Shown: one piece after another, positions 24,877 to 33,823 of the stretch
Numbering within the stretch: the first letter of the stretch is position 1
Layout: each line of letters opens with the position of its first letter
Source: a virus
Lineage: Duplodnaviria > Caudoviricetes
Reading direction: 5' to 3' (one strand)
DNA: 43,455 nucleotides
Virus record (IMG/VR): IMGVR_UViG_3300037692_000102
Coordinates: 1-43,455 of that record
Translations under genes and position numbers: made by a program
The notes under the pieces: model-generated
What the model was told of the DNA's origin: nothing
Database searches by the model: none
The model's input: only the letters and a program-made list of their open reading frames with translations

Positions 24877-26312
24877 TATGCCGCCTCCAGTTCGAGGAAA
24901 TGCGCCTCAAGAAGCTCGGACAGCCGTGACAAGGCCGGTTGCCAAGACTCCCCGCTTTGCCGCAAGAGGCGCACTTTTTCGGTTGGGTACCAGATCCACC
25001 GCTCCCCCTCTAAGCCCATGCGCCAGTCCGGCCGGCTCGGCGCCATCACATACGTCGGATGTCCCATCGCAGCGGACAGGTGCGCCACCGTTTGCGTCAC
25101 GGTCACGACCGCGTCGGTTGCAGCAATCAGCGCCGCGGTCTGGTGATAGTCCCAGTGCCACACGATGGACGGATGCCACACGAAGCGGTCGGGGCCGAAC
25201 TTCTTGACGATCCAATCGGCCATCGGCGTCACGTCTTCGTAGTCAAGCGACACGAAGAACAGCCGATCATCGGCGAACAGCGATTCGAGCACATCGGGCG
25301 GCATCATGCGATACATGCGTGCCGTCGTCATCGTGCCGCCGCGTGTGGCAAGGCCGATGATCTTGCGGCCCTTGGCGATCTTGGTGAGGTGCGCGCGATA
25401 TTCAGCAGTCTGTTTCTCGGGAGCGATATACCACGGACCTGGCCAAGAGAATTTAGATACGTCTTCACGATAGAAGCGTGCGAGATTGCCGATGGGAACT
25501 TTCGCGTCGCACACGGCGGACCAGCCCTTGTCGTTCGTCTTGCGCGTCGGGTAGATCGTGATCGCGTTGCCTTCGCTGTACATCCACGAGGAATTTCTGT
25601 GCAAGTACTCCAGGCGCGGATGCGAGTCGAATGCGATGTCGTAGTCGCGCTTCACGTCGGCCAGCATCGTGGCAAACATTAGCTCATCCCCAAGCCCCTG
25701 CTCGCCATAGACCAGCAGCCGCTTACCTTTGCCCTTCAATTCCTCATGCAGTTCACGCGTCAGCGGCGGCGGATCTGGATCGTAAGAGCGGATCTCCCGA
25801 TGCTTGTGATGACCCGTCGCGTACAGCTCGAACCCTTCTTTGTAATGCCCGGCTTCCAGGTGCAGCAGCGCCAGGTTGAACTTCGCCGCGGCGCCAGATT
25901 CGGGATGATCCTTGACGCGCTCGCCGTAGGCGATGCCTGGCCACGGATTGCCTTCGTTGACGTAAGAGCCGCAGAGATTGCCCAGGATGTGCGGCTCATC
26001 GGGCACATGATCCAGGCCGATCTCCAGCATGCGCCGGCAGTTGGGAATGTCGTTCATGTAGCGCAGACACGCCGCGGCATTCGCCCACACAGCGGGGTGC
26101 GGCTCAAGCGACTGAGATTTGAGGAAGCATTCCAGCGCAACGGCGTGCTTGCCCTGCGCCGCCAGTATGACGCCGCCATAAAACCATAGCGCACCGAGAT
26201 TCGGGCGCTGATCCAGCGCGGGCCACAAGAATTGTTCGGCGAGCTGCGGATTACCCGACTGCAACGCCTTACCGATTTCCTCGACTACTGAGTCGAGCGT
26301 GATTGAATGCAT
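24876..26312 (-). CDS. TPR-repeat GT-B (GT9-like) glycosyltransferase
   Basis: About five N-terminal TPRs, then LLVYGEQGLGDELMFA and TAALIAATDAVVTVTQTVAHLSAAMGHPTYVM...DWR. Confidence 0.85.
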   Translation of the reverse strand: MHSITLDSVVEEIGKALQSGNPQLAEQFLWPALDQRPNLGALWFYGGVILAAQGKHAVALECFLKSQSLEPHPAVWANAAACLRYMNDIPNCRRMLEIGLDHVPDEPHILGNLCGSYVNEGNPWPGIAYGERVKDHPESGAAAKFNLALLHLEAGHYKEGFELYATGHHKHREIRSYDPDPPPLTRELHEELKGKGKRLLVYGEQGLGDELMFATMLADVKRDYDIAFDSHPRLEYLHRNSSWMYSEGNAITIYPTRKTNDKGWSAVCDAKVPIGNLARFYREDVSKFSWPGPWYIAPEKQTAEYRAHLTKIAKGRKIIGLATRGGTMTTARMYRMMPPDVLESLFADDRLFFVSLDYEDVTPMADWIVKKFGPDRFVWHPSIVWHWDYHQTAALIAATDAVVTVTQTVAHLSAAMGHPTYVMAPSRPDWRMGLEGERWIWYPTEKVRLLRQSGESWQPALSRLSELLEAHFLELEAA

Positions 26313-26336
26313 TGTTCCTCCGGCCAGGAGTTTTAA

Positions 26337-26783
26337 CTAGAGAGTCTGTCCAGGCATCTTGTAGTACAGAACCAAGTCGCCGATGTGTCCAACAGACATC
26401 CCCGACGCGACCATCACCACGTTTTCGTAGCGCGGCATGAAGTCATCCGACAACGAAATCTGCATCGCAAGTCCCAAGCGACGCGACGTGCGATACACCG
26501 TGCCGCCGCCAGCGGAGTACGTGTCGGAGGTGAAAAACATATCCGCCGAGGCGGACGTACCCATCTTCAGCACATGCCCCAAGCTTGAATCCGTGAACGC
26601 AGAGCCTGTGTAGAAAATTGCGTCCAGCGGGATCGCGCCGTGAGGCAGCTTGCCGATGCGGTGGATGTCGCCAGCAGAGATCGTGACCGACAGCGAGATA
26701 CGCAGGGCGACAACGTTCGTACCCTTCTCGACCGCCTCGGGCTGTCGTGCGCCGCGCCCTCCGCCTACGTCGATGGTGGCCAT
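26337..26783 (-). CDS. Capsid decoration/cement protein, paralog 2
   Basis: Follows the capsid gene; beta-rich; clearly paralogous to 26783..27226. Confidence 0.7.
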   Translation of the reverse strand: MATIDVGGGRGARQPEAVEKGTNVVALRISLSVTISAGDIHRIGKLPHGAIPLDAIFYTGSAFTDSSLGHVLKMGTSASADMFFTSDTYSAGGGTVYRTSRRLGLAMQISLSDDFMPRYENVVMVASGMSVGHIGDLVLYYKMPGQTL

Positions 26784-27226
26784 TACAGAGTTTGCCCTGG
26801 CATCTTGTAGTAGACGATCAGGTCGCCCATGTGCCCGACGCTCATCGCAATGGCAACGCCGCCGCCCATGGTCAGGTACTGGAACCGCGGCATCACATCG
26901 TCAGACAGTGACACCTGCATTGCGGTGCCGAGCTGCCGCGTAGTGCGATAGTTCGTGCCCGCCACCTCCGCCCAGGAATCCGAGGCGAAGAACATCTCCG
27001 TCGATGCCGACGTGCCGAAGCGCGTGACGAAGCCGGCCGGCGCCGCTGCACCGGGATAGAAGATCGCGTCGATGGGGATAGCCCCATGCGGCAGCTTGCC
27101 GACGCGCCAGGTCGAATCCAGCGATGCGGTTGCGCTGAGCGAGACGCGGCAGATCGCGACATTCAGGCCCTTTTCGACCGCTTCGGCCTGGTTCCGATTG
27201 GCGTTTTCGAGAGTGACTGTTGCCAT
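26783..27226 (-). CDS. Capsid decoration/cement protein, paralog 1
   Basis: Shares EAVEKG.NV, GKLPHGAIP.DAIFY and GH.GDL..YYKMPGQTL with paralog 2. Confidence 0.7.
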   Translation of the reverse strand: MATVTLENANRNQAEAVEKGLNVAICRVSLSATASLDSTWRVGKLPHGAIPIDAIFYPGAAAPAGFVTRFGTSASTEMFFASDSWAEVAGTNYRTTRQLGTAMQVSLSDDVMPRFQYLTMGGGVAIAMSVGHMGDLIVYYKMPGQTL

Positions 27227-27238
27227 GGTTTTCTCTCG

Positions 27239-28327
27239 TTACGACGTGGGCTCGTAGCTGGACATCGTGATGGCCGCGAAGTCCGAGCCGTTGAACCGGG
27301 TCTTGACCAAGCCGCCGATACAGCCTGCCTCGACGCCAAGCTTGTTTCGATAGTCGAACAGCTCCTCGTTCCAGTCGAACGTGTTCTTGCCGTAGCCGCG
27401 GCCGAAGGCCATGCACGCGGCCTGCGCACCTACCAGGATGCCGCGTGAGACATCGGCCGTACCGGCAGTTGCACCCACAACTCGCGGCACGCGCGTCGAT
27501 TCGTGAATGACTGTCTGGTTGTACAGACCTACAGCGCCCGTATAGATCGGGTTGTCGTCCGCATCGCCTGCCTGCAACAGCGCCTGCTGAATGTCCTGCC
27601 ACAGCGAGGTGCCGGCCGAGATTCGCAGCGCCGTGACCTGCGTAGGGTGAAGGAATGCGACGTACAGGGACTTGTTGCCGACCATGACGGGGCGCATGGT
27701 GTTGACGGCCAACTTCGCGCGCTCGCGGGCGCGGTCGAGGATGCCCAGGTGGAAACGGGCCACGGTCGTGGCTGAGAGCGAGGCTTCTGCGGTAGCGATA
27801 GTACCGGCCGCCACGGTGGCGCCGATGTTTGCGTAGATCGCGTGGCCAGCATCGGGCGCTGTCGTGGCCTGCAGGCCCGTATAACGCACGTCAGCCTGCG
27901 CTGTATTGCCGCTGATCTGATTGAAAAACCACGAATCGATGCGATCCGACCACCAGTCCGCGAGGCCATCCCGGATTTCGTTGCGGATATTGAACGCGAC
28001 GCGCTGCTCGGACACCTTGCCGTTCGAGCGCACCGCGTGCCGCAGTTGATCGATGGTGATGTTCTGGGTGTAGGTCTCCAGCGCCTCTTCGTTGCCCTCC
28101 AGGGTGTTATCCCCCTGAACGCCCGCGCCCGCGAGCTGCTGGCGGATGCCAAAGGTGATGCGGTCGCCCGCGCCCTTGTTCAGTTCCGTCTTGATCTGGA
28201 TGATGTTGTTGGTGTCCTCACCCATGAACTGAAGCGCGTAGGTCTTCTTCAGTGCTTCCTTCATCAGCTCCGCGGACCAGCGTTTGACGGCCAGCGGCGA
28301 ATTGACGGGATAATCTGTGTCTGCCAT
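27239..28327 (-). CDS. Major capsid protein, N4-gp56/DUF4043 family
   Basis: ELNKGAGDRITFG...LEGNEEAL...IDQLRHAV...LHPTQV...GAQA...WNEELFDY...GLVKTRFNGSDF. Confidence 0.92.
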   Translation of the reverse strand: MADTDYPVNSPLAVKRWSAELMKEALKKTYALQFMGEDTNNIIQIKTELNKGAGDRITFGIRQQLAGAGVQGDNTLEGNEEALETYTQNITIDQLRHAVRSNGKVSEQRVAFNIRNEIRDGLADWWSDRIDSWFFNQISGNTAQADVRYTGLQATTAPDAGHAIYANIGATVAAGTIATAEASLSATTVARFHLGILDRARERAKLAVNTMRPVMVGNKSLYVAFLHPTQVTALRISAGTSLWQDIQQALLQAGDADDNPIYTGAVGLYNQTVIHESTRVPRVVGATAGTADVSRGILVGAQAACMAFGRGYGKNTFDWNEELFDYRNKLGVEAGCIGGLVKTRFNGSDFAAITMSSYEPTS

Positions 28328-28610
28328 TGAGGCGGCTCGCAAATAGAACTGACGTAACTTGTCCGGCCAACAAGACCTAGCAAGTCACGCAGCGCGAGCC
28401 GCGACGATTTTGAACGGATCGGGAACCGTTTGCCCGTAACGATGGGCCACCGAAGATTCGATCCTACCGCGCTATTTGGGGATTGACAACAGCGGATGTG
28501 CCAGCCGCCGACTGTGGAGTTAAATCGCGCTGGCCTTTACGGGTTATTCGCCGGCTGCCCCACTCGTAACTTACGGGCACTGAAGTGCCGGCTTCTCCGG
28601 CCAAAACGGA
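28328..28610 (-). promoter_or_regulatory. Structured 283-nt intergenic leader of the capsid gene
   Basis: Long-range 9-bp stems 28431-28439/28571-28579 and 28332-28340/28394-28402, plus inner hairpins. Confidence 0.5.
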
Positions 28611-29483
28611 TCATCGCCTCCGCTTGAACCGCTCCGACAGCGCCGCCGTGAACTCCGGCATGCTGTTACCGGCATCCTCTACCGGCGCGTCGCCACCGCC
28701 TGAGCCAAGCGTACGGATGGCGTCGCGGTCTGGCTTGACGGCCGGTGCTGCTGGAGCAGCCGCCGGCTTTGCGGCGTAGCCAATCGTCTTGGCGTACTGG
28801 TACGCGAATTCGGCTGGGTTCTTCCCCTTCCCGACAAGCGCCGCCGCGGTGTTCATCTCTTCATGTGCGATGTGGGCGCGAATCTGCTCGGCCGTCGCCT
28901 CCGGCGCCATCATCTGCAGCTGTTGCGTGCGTACTGAGCGAATGTGCTCCAGCGCCTGCGGATAGTCAGGCGTGGTCGCAAAGAACTGCTGTTCGGCCGT
29001 CTGCGTCGCCTGCCAGACCTGTTCACGCTGTTCACGCTGCTTGACCTGCTCGGCCGTCTCGTTGGTTTTCTTGTTGGCTTCGTCCAGCTTCGCCAGCGCC
29101 GCCTTGACCTTAGAATCGACGTAGCCCTTCGGGTCGGCCAGGAAATCCGGCTCCTGTTCCTGCGTGGCCTGCTCAGTCTCGCGCAGCTTGGCGAGCGTCG
29201 TCTGATCTGCTGCCGACAGCTTCGGCTGCGCCTCCAGTGCTGTGATCTGCTGCCGCAGCGCCTTGATCTCACCGCGGGCCTCGCGCAATGCGGCGAGGTG
29301 ATTCTGCTCGATTGCTTCGGGCGTTGGCTTGGCCTCTGGAGCGGGCTCGGGCGCAAGTGCTGGTGCCTCTACTGTCGCGGGCGTTTCTGGAACTGCCGTC
29401 GGCTCAGATGCGGGTGCAGGCGCTGATTCGCTGCCCTCCGCGGGTCCGGACAAACTGCTGATGAATTCTGCGTTCGATGACAT
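28611..29483 (-). CDS. Capsid scaffolding protein
   Basis: Pro/Glu-rich N-terminus, coiled coils, NPAEFAYQYAKTIGY; lies between portal and capsid genes. Confidence 0.85.
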   Translation of the reverse strand: MSSNAEFISSLSGPAEGSESAPAPASEPTAVPETPATVEAPALAPEPAPEAKPTPEAIEQNHLAALREARGEIKALRQQITALEAQPKLSAADQTTLAKLRETEQATQEQEPDFLADPKGYVDSKVKAALAKLDEANKKTNETAEQVKQREQREQVWQATQTAEQQFFATTPDYPQALEHIRSVRTQQLQMMAPEATAEQIRAHIAHEEMNTAAALVGKGKNPAEFAYQYAKTIGYAAKPAAAPAAPAVKPDRDAIRTLGSGGGDAPVEDAGNSMPEFTAALSERFKRRR

Positions 29484-29484
29484 A

Positions 29485-29685
29485 TCAACCCCCGGCCTTA
29501 CATGTTTGAATATGGTAATGCGCGCCGGCAACTACCATCGAGCGCTCGACAGAGTAATTGCAATCCTTGGTTACCAAGCAATCCTCATGTTTTCTGATCG
29601 CACGCCGAGCACTTTCGCACAACTCTTCTGGATCCGCGGAGCACGCACTTAACATCACCAGTACAACTGTGACAACGTAACGCAT
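29485..29685 (-). CDS. Small lipoprotein (moron)
   Basis: Lipobox LSAC after a hydrophobic signal; four further Cys. Confidence 0.75.
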   Translation of the reverse strand: MRYVVTVVLVMLSACSADPEELCESARRAIRKHEDCLVTKDCNYSVERSMVVAGAHYHIQTCKAGG

Positions 29686-29686
29686 A

Positions 29687-29869
29687 TCAACCTCCGGCCA
29701 GATGGTTTATCAGCAAAACAGTGCCCCCCACGAGCGGCGGAATAATGAGGATAGAAATCAAAAGCAATGCCCTTGACTTAAAAAAGGAATTCAAGACAAT
29801 CAGCGCGATTGCGATGGTCATAAACAAGACAAAGACTGCGACAGAAAGAAATTCTGCATTCGTTGACAT
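29687..29869 (-). CDS. Small 2-TM membrane protein (moron)
   Basis: Two hydrophobic helices; AT-richer than its neighbours. Confidence 0.7.
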   Translation of the reverse strand: MSTNAEFLSVAVFVLFMTIAIALIVLNSFFKSRALLLISILIIPPLVGGTVLLINHLAGG

Positions 29870-29870
29870 G

Positions 29871-31841
29871 TCACCCTCCGGCCTGCGCGGCCCCAGCTTC
29901 GGCCGCAGTTTTTATGGTCTGTGCTTGCACGAGCGCGTCGGAGATCGGAGTCGACTGCTGCTTGAGCCCCGCCTCGGCGATGGTCGCTTGCGCTTTTGCT
30001 TGATTGAGCGCGGCAGAACTTTCGTCCTTCGCGATCACAGCCTGCGCGCCGCGCTGCTGCATCTGTTTGCTCTGTTCCTGCTCCTGCTGCTGCTGCGGTG
30101 TAGGCTGCAAACGCTGCTTCCACTTCTGCGCCAACTCAGCCGGCAGCGGTGCGTAGTCGAGTACCTCCGGCGGAATCGGCAACTGCGCAGACAGCGCCAT
30201 CGGAATGATCTGCTGCAAGATCACCCAGACGCGTTCACGCATGTTCACGCTCGTCGGAGCTTCGTCGATGATGATGTCGTACTTACCAACCAGTTTGTCT
30301 TTCAACATCGGCAGGTACTTCGTGCCCTGCGGCCCGGAGATGCGGATCAGCTGTCCGTCCGGTAAATATTCACGCACCATCGACAGCATGAGTTTGCCGG
30401 AGCGCTTGTAGTACAGCCTCATGGCGTCGAATACCCAGGCCAGGATCGCCATTGCGGCCTGCTTGCGCTGCGCCTCCAGCACGCCGGGCTGCTGCCGATC
30501 GGCAAGACCCATCAACTCAGGATTCATGCCTGAGGTGAGCGGCAAGAGCGACAGCGTGAACTCCATCAGCCTATCCATGCCTTGCGGATACGGCGCTGGT
30601 GGCTTCGGCTGTATCTTGCCGCCCGCAATCGCGCCTGACGCGGTATACGTGATAGCCGCCGGGTCGGCCCAACTCTGCTCAGCCTTAACCGGATCTTCGA
30701 AGGCGTCCTCCTCGGCCATCAGTCCGCCCTTCGCATTGACGGCGATGGTGTACAAGATGCTCGCGAAAAACTTATTGACCCAGCACTGCGGGTCTTTGAT
30801 CACGCGGCCGATGCCGTACCATGTATTGGTGTTGCGATCACGCTTGCCGGTGATGCACTCGTAGGTAAAGCCGCATTTCAATTCCTTGACCTTGCCCATC
30901 ACGCGATCACCGCAGATCCATGCGCGATAGTACGCCTTCGTCGTCATGCGCTCGACATCGAACGGCGTGCCTGAACGCTCCAGTGCCTGCTTGATGTCGC
31001 GCCACTCCTTCCTCGAGAAGATCTGCTTGAGCGGCTCCTGGCCTGGAAACGTTGCCGTTACGCTGTAGACGATTTTGTTGCGGCAGAACTGATAGTCGGC
31101 GACGTGGATCTTGGATGGACCGGAGTTGCCCGATGCGCTCGATGAGCCGTAGTCGTGCGGAATCGGAATACGCTGCGGGCTGCTGTCACCCGACGCCAGC
31201 GAATTTGCGCCCTCCAGGTTCTCAGCGTCCTCGCCGAAGCGTTCCTCGTATTCGTCCATCGTCATCGGCTTGATGCGGATCTGATAGCGCCTGTCAACCA
31301 GATTCCTGCGCCGCGCCATCGGATCCCATTTCATTTCGATAGGATCGCGCCGTTCCTGGGCGATGAAGCCAGCTTCAGGATCCTCCGAGTCATCCAGGAA
31401 GTGCTCGACCCAGCCCATGCCTGTAAGGAACACATCGCCAAACGTGTCCGTCTCTTCATCCTCCGCGTCGCACTGATCGCGGTTCCAACGCACCGTGCCG
31501 GTGGCGAATTCATCCACACCGACATCGCCCATCTCGCGCGGATAGAAGCGGATCTCCTGTCGATTGTTGATCTGTAGCCCAGTCACGGCATCGACGTACT
31601 TGTTCACCAGATTGAACGTCGTCGCCGGATATGCCCCTTGGTATTTCTCTTCCAGCCGCGCCAGATCCTCCGGACTCCACTGATGACCCGCCTGCAGGTC
31701 GTACAGTTCGCGCGCCTCGGTGCGCCAGTTCTGTGAGTGGATTTCAGACTCTGAGTTGCGCCTCTTGAATTCCTCCAGCACCTCATCAGTATCGAATCCG
31801 GTGGCGGTGGGTTCGTCGGTGTTCGTAGTTCCGTAGGCCAT
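29871..31841 (-). CDS. Portal protein, P22-like
   Basis: AGHQWS...TFNLVNKYVDAVTG..INNR...WYGIGRVIKDPQCWVNK...GKYDIIIDEAPTSVNMRE. Confidence 0.92.
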   Translation of the reverse strand: MAYGTTNTDEPTATGFDTDEVLEEFKRRNSESEIHSQNWRTEARELYDLQAGHQWSPEDLARLEEKYQGAYPATTFNLVNKYVDAVTGLQINNRQEIRFYPREMGDVGVDEFATGTVRWNRDQCDAEDEETDTFGDVFLTGMGWVEHFLDDSEDPEAGFIAQERRDPIEMKWDPMARRRNLVDRRYQIRIKPMTMDEYEERFGEDAENLEGANSLASGDSSPQRIPIPHDYGSSSASGNSGPSKIHVADYQFCRNKIVYSVTATFPGQEPLKQIFSRKEWRDIKQALERSGTPFDVERMTTKAYYRAWICGDRVMGKVKELKCGFTYECITGKRDRNTNTWYGIGRVIKDPQCWVNKFFASILYTIAVNAKGGLMAEEDAFEDPVKAEQSWADPAAITYTASGAIAGGKIQPKPPAPYPQGMDRLMEFTLSLLPLTSGMNPELMGLADRQQPGVLEAQRKQAAMAILAWVFDAMRLYYKRSGKLMLSMVREYLPDGQLIRISGPQGTKYLPMLKDKLVGKYDIIIDEAPTSVNMRERVWVILQQIIPMALSAQLPIPPEVLDYAPLPAELAQKWKQRLQPTPQQQQEQEQSKQMQQRGAQAVIAKDESSAALNQAKAQATIAEAGLKQQSTPISDALVQAQTIKTAAEAGAAQAGG

Positions 31842-33169
31842 CAGGATGCCATCCAACCAGAATTGATGCGCTTCGGCGCATATCGATCAGTCGGCCGGCT
31901 GATGCTTGTCATTGCGCGTCCTTTGTGAATCGTCGCCATCGTACGTGTCGAGTCGGCTCCGTGCGAGGCCCAGTTATGCAGCGGGCGGGGCGCGAAGACT
32001 TTCGCCTTGTCGTCCCATTCCTTGCTGTACTCGGTGAGACACGAAATCCCACGCGCGCATGCCTCCTCGTCGAACCACATTTGCGGCAACATGCGACGCA
32101 CTTGCTCGATGCCGTCATCCACGTCGAGCCTCGGTGCTACGACAATCGGCCACAGGCCTAGCGTCTTGCACACCTCCTTGCGACTCTTGCCCGTGCCAAG
32201 TTCGCGCACCTCGATATCGTGCGGCATGCCATGGCGCAGATAACGCACCTCACGCGGCGCCGCCCAGTCCTTCAGCCAATTCGCGTAATAAGATAAGCCC
32301 TCTCCGGTATTCTCGTAGTACCCGACACATCGGATCTCACGCACGACGGTCTGTGTGATCCATATAGACATCGAATCGTTCATACCTAAGTCCCACCACG
32401 TTTCACAATCCACGCCGGGCTCCACTGGCACCTTGCCAATGCGGCCATCCTTCCATGCTTGCGCCATTTGCTTGCCGTAGTAGGCGCCAGGATTTGCCGC
32501 CTCGAAGCTGCAATAGAACTCCTGCTGGATCATATCCTCTGACATACCCGCGGCGCGCTCGGCCTGAATCGCCTGCGCTGATAACGCACCGGTGTCATCC
32601 ACGGTAAGGGTCTGGCAAAACCACTGCGGATTGCGCAGCGCCATGCGATGCAGTGTATATCCGTGGTTTTTCCCGCGCGCCGTATAGATAAACAGCGCCC
32701 AGCCTCCGTTCTCCGCGAGGATCGGGCGCAGGTAATCCCACGCGGATGGATCGGACAGCGAGTACTCGGAGAACACGATGCCGATAGGCGATGAGCCGAC
32801 GAGCTGGTTGTAGTTGTCCGAGCCCACTACCTGCCACGTCGATCCATTCAGGAAATCAATTGCCATCTCGTGATCGCGCGTGCGGCGGCGTATCTCCAGC
32901 GGAAACGCCTCATCGATGCGCCGCTTGCCGGTATGCGGATTGACGGCCTCCCAAATCGCTTTACGCGCCTGGTTAGCCTTAGGCAGCATATGCCAGTAAT
33001 TTCCTGCGCGCTCCATCGCCGCAGTTACGGCCCAATGCAGGGCAACATCATCCTTCCCCGAGCGCCGATGCCACACCGCTGCCGCACGCTTGCCGCCGCT
33101 TGCGAGGTAGCGCCATAACGCGTCCTGATACGGACGTGTATGCCAATTATTTGGCAGTTGGATCTGCAC
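31841..33169 (-). CDS. terL: Terminase large subunit
   Basis: WHRRSGKD Walker A, IVFSEY Walker B, YTARGKNH, QQEFYCSFEA, WDLGMND and HNWASHGADS. Confidence 0.95.
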   Translation of the reverse strand: MQIQLPNNWHTRPYQDALWRYLASGGKRAAAVWHRRSGKDDVALHWAVTAAMERAGNYWHMLPKANQARKAIWEAVNPHTGKRRIDEAFPLEIRRRTRDHEMAIDFLNGSTWQVVGSDNYNQLVGSSPIGIVFSEYSLSDPSAWDYLRPILAENGGWALFIYTARGKNHGYTLHRMALRNPQWFCQTLTVDDTGALSAQAIQAERAAGMSEDMIQQEFYCSFEAANPGAYYGKQMAQAWKDGRIGKVPVEPGVDCETWWDLGMNDSMSIWITQTVVREIRCVGYYENTGEGLSYYANWLKDWAAPREVRYLRHGMPHDIEVRELGTGKSRKEVCKTLGLWPIVVAPRLDVDDGIEQVRRMLPQMWFDEEACARGISCLTEYSKEWDDKAKVFAPRPLHNWASHGADSTRTMATIHKGRAMTSISRPTDRYAPKRINSGWMAS

Positions 33170-33602
33170 GGCGCGTCGGGTCTACGATTTGGATCGTGAG
33201 CGGTGGCATATCGTCGGCCCCGCCGACAGCCAATTTGTCGCCGTACTTCTTGGCTTTGAGCTTCGAGGCCACCCATTTGCGGGTATCGACTCGCAATCGC
33301 GAACGCTGGATTGCTTCGCCGTTGACACGATATCCAGCATTGTCTTCTTCGTGAACTTCCATCCAATCATTGCTGCCATCATCGGCGATATCCATTATTT
33401 CTTCTACTAATGCGTCGGCTGATTCTTCCTTTGCTTTCGCGTATTGGTCGCAGAAATCTTGATGAATGCGAAGCCAGCGGAACACTGACGCTTTATCGGG
33501 CATGTCCTCTTGCTTGCAAACGGTCCGCAGAGAAATGCCTTCGGCTAGCTGTGCGCAGATGCGGTCCGCTAGTTCCTGTGTGTAATCACTTGGCCTGCCC
33601 AT
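33147..33602 (-). CDS. terS: Terminase small subunit (Sf6 gp1-like)
   Basis: MGRPSDYTQELADRIC...SLRTVC...MPDKASVFRWL...RSRLRVDTRKWVASKL..KKYGD. Confidence 0.92.
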   Translation of the reverse strand: MGRPSDYTQELADRICAQLAEGISLRTVCKQEDMPDKASVFRWLRIHQDFCDQYAKAKEESADALVEEIMDIADDGSNDWMEVHEEDNAGYRVNGEAIQRSRLRVDTRKWVASKLKAKKYGDKLAVGGADDMPPLTIQIVDPTRRADPTAK

Positions 33603-33640
33603 CGATTTGGAATCTTCCGCATCCAATGACCTGATCTGAG

Positions 33641-33672
33641 ATTGCGTCCCAACTTGCTGAAATTGTCAAGTT
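33641..33672 (-). promoter_or_regulatory. Candidate late promoter TTGACA-N17-CGCAAT with overlapping inverted repeat
   Basis: -35 at 33664-33669, weak -10 at 33641-33646, AACTTG-N10-CAAGTT at 33651-33672, AT-rich upstream. Confidence 0.45.
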
Positions 33673-33723
33673 TTTCTGAATATTTCCATTTAAGGTTTTC
33701 CCCTACGCCTGATTCAGGTCGCT

Positions 33724-33735
33724 GTGACCGGTCAC
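33724..33735. promoter_or_regulatory. Perfect palindrome GTGACCGGTCAC, candidate operator of the antisense two-gene cassette
   Basis: 12-bp palindrome just upstream of a TACAGT -10-like box (33742-33747). Confidence 0.5.
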
Positions 33736-33823
33736 TAGGCGTACAGTCTGCCCATGGTCGCTGAGGTAGCGGCCCCAACCGGCACCGGGCACGCCTGGGC
33801 CGCTTACGACGAGGCATAGGAAA

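Larger units (their letters stand above)
29464..29883 (-). repeat. Duplicated portal/scaffold junction flanking a two-gene insert
   Basis: 29464-29497 vs 29850-29883 are 29/34 identical; a third 17-bp core copy lies at 29683-29699. Confidence 0.85.

Noticed and set aside
19963-24890. Several proteins ending in AA (ERAA, REAA, LEAA)
   Set aside because: Explained by the RBS plus overlapping stop/start (GAGGCGGCATGA-like) coupling common in phages.
21922-26312. Cluster as DNA hypermodification or O-antigen conversion
   Set aside because: No base-hydroxylase, kinase or DNA polymerase genes, no GtrAB or membrane components, and a late structural location. Disfavoured, but not excluded.
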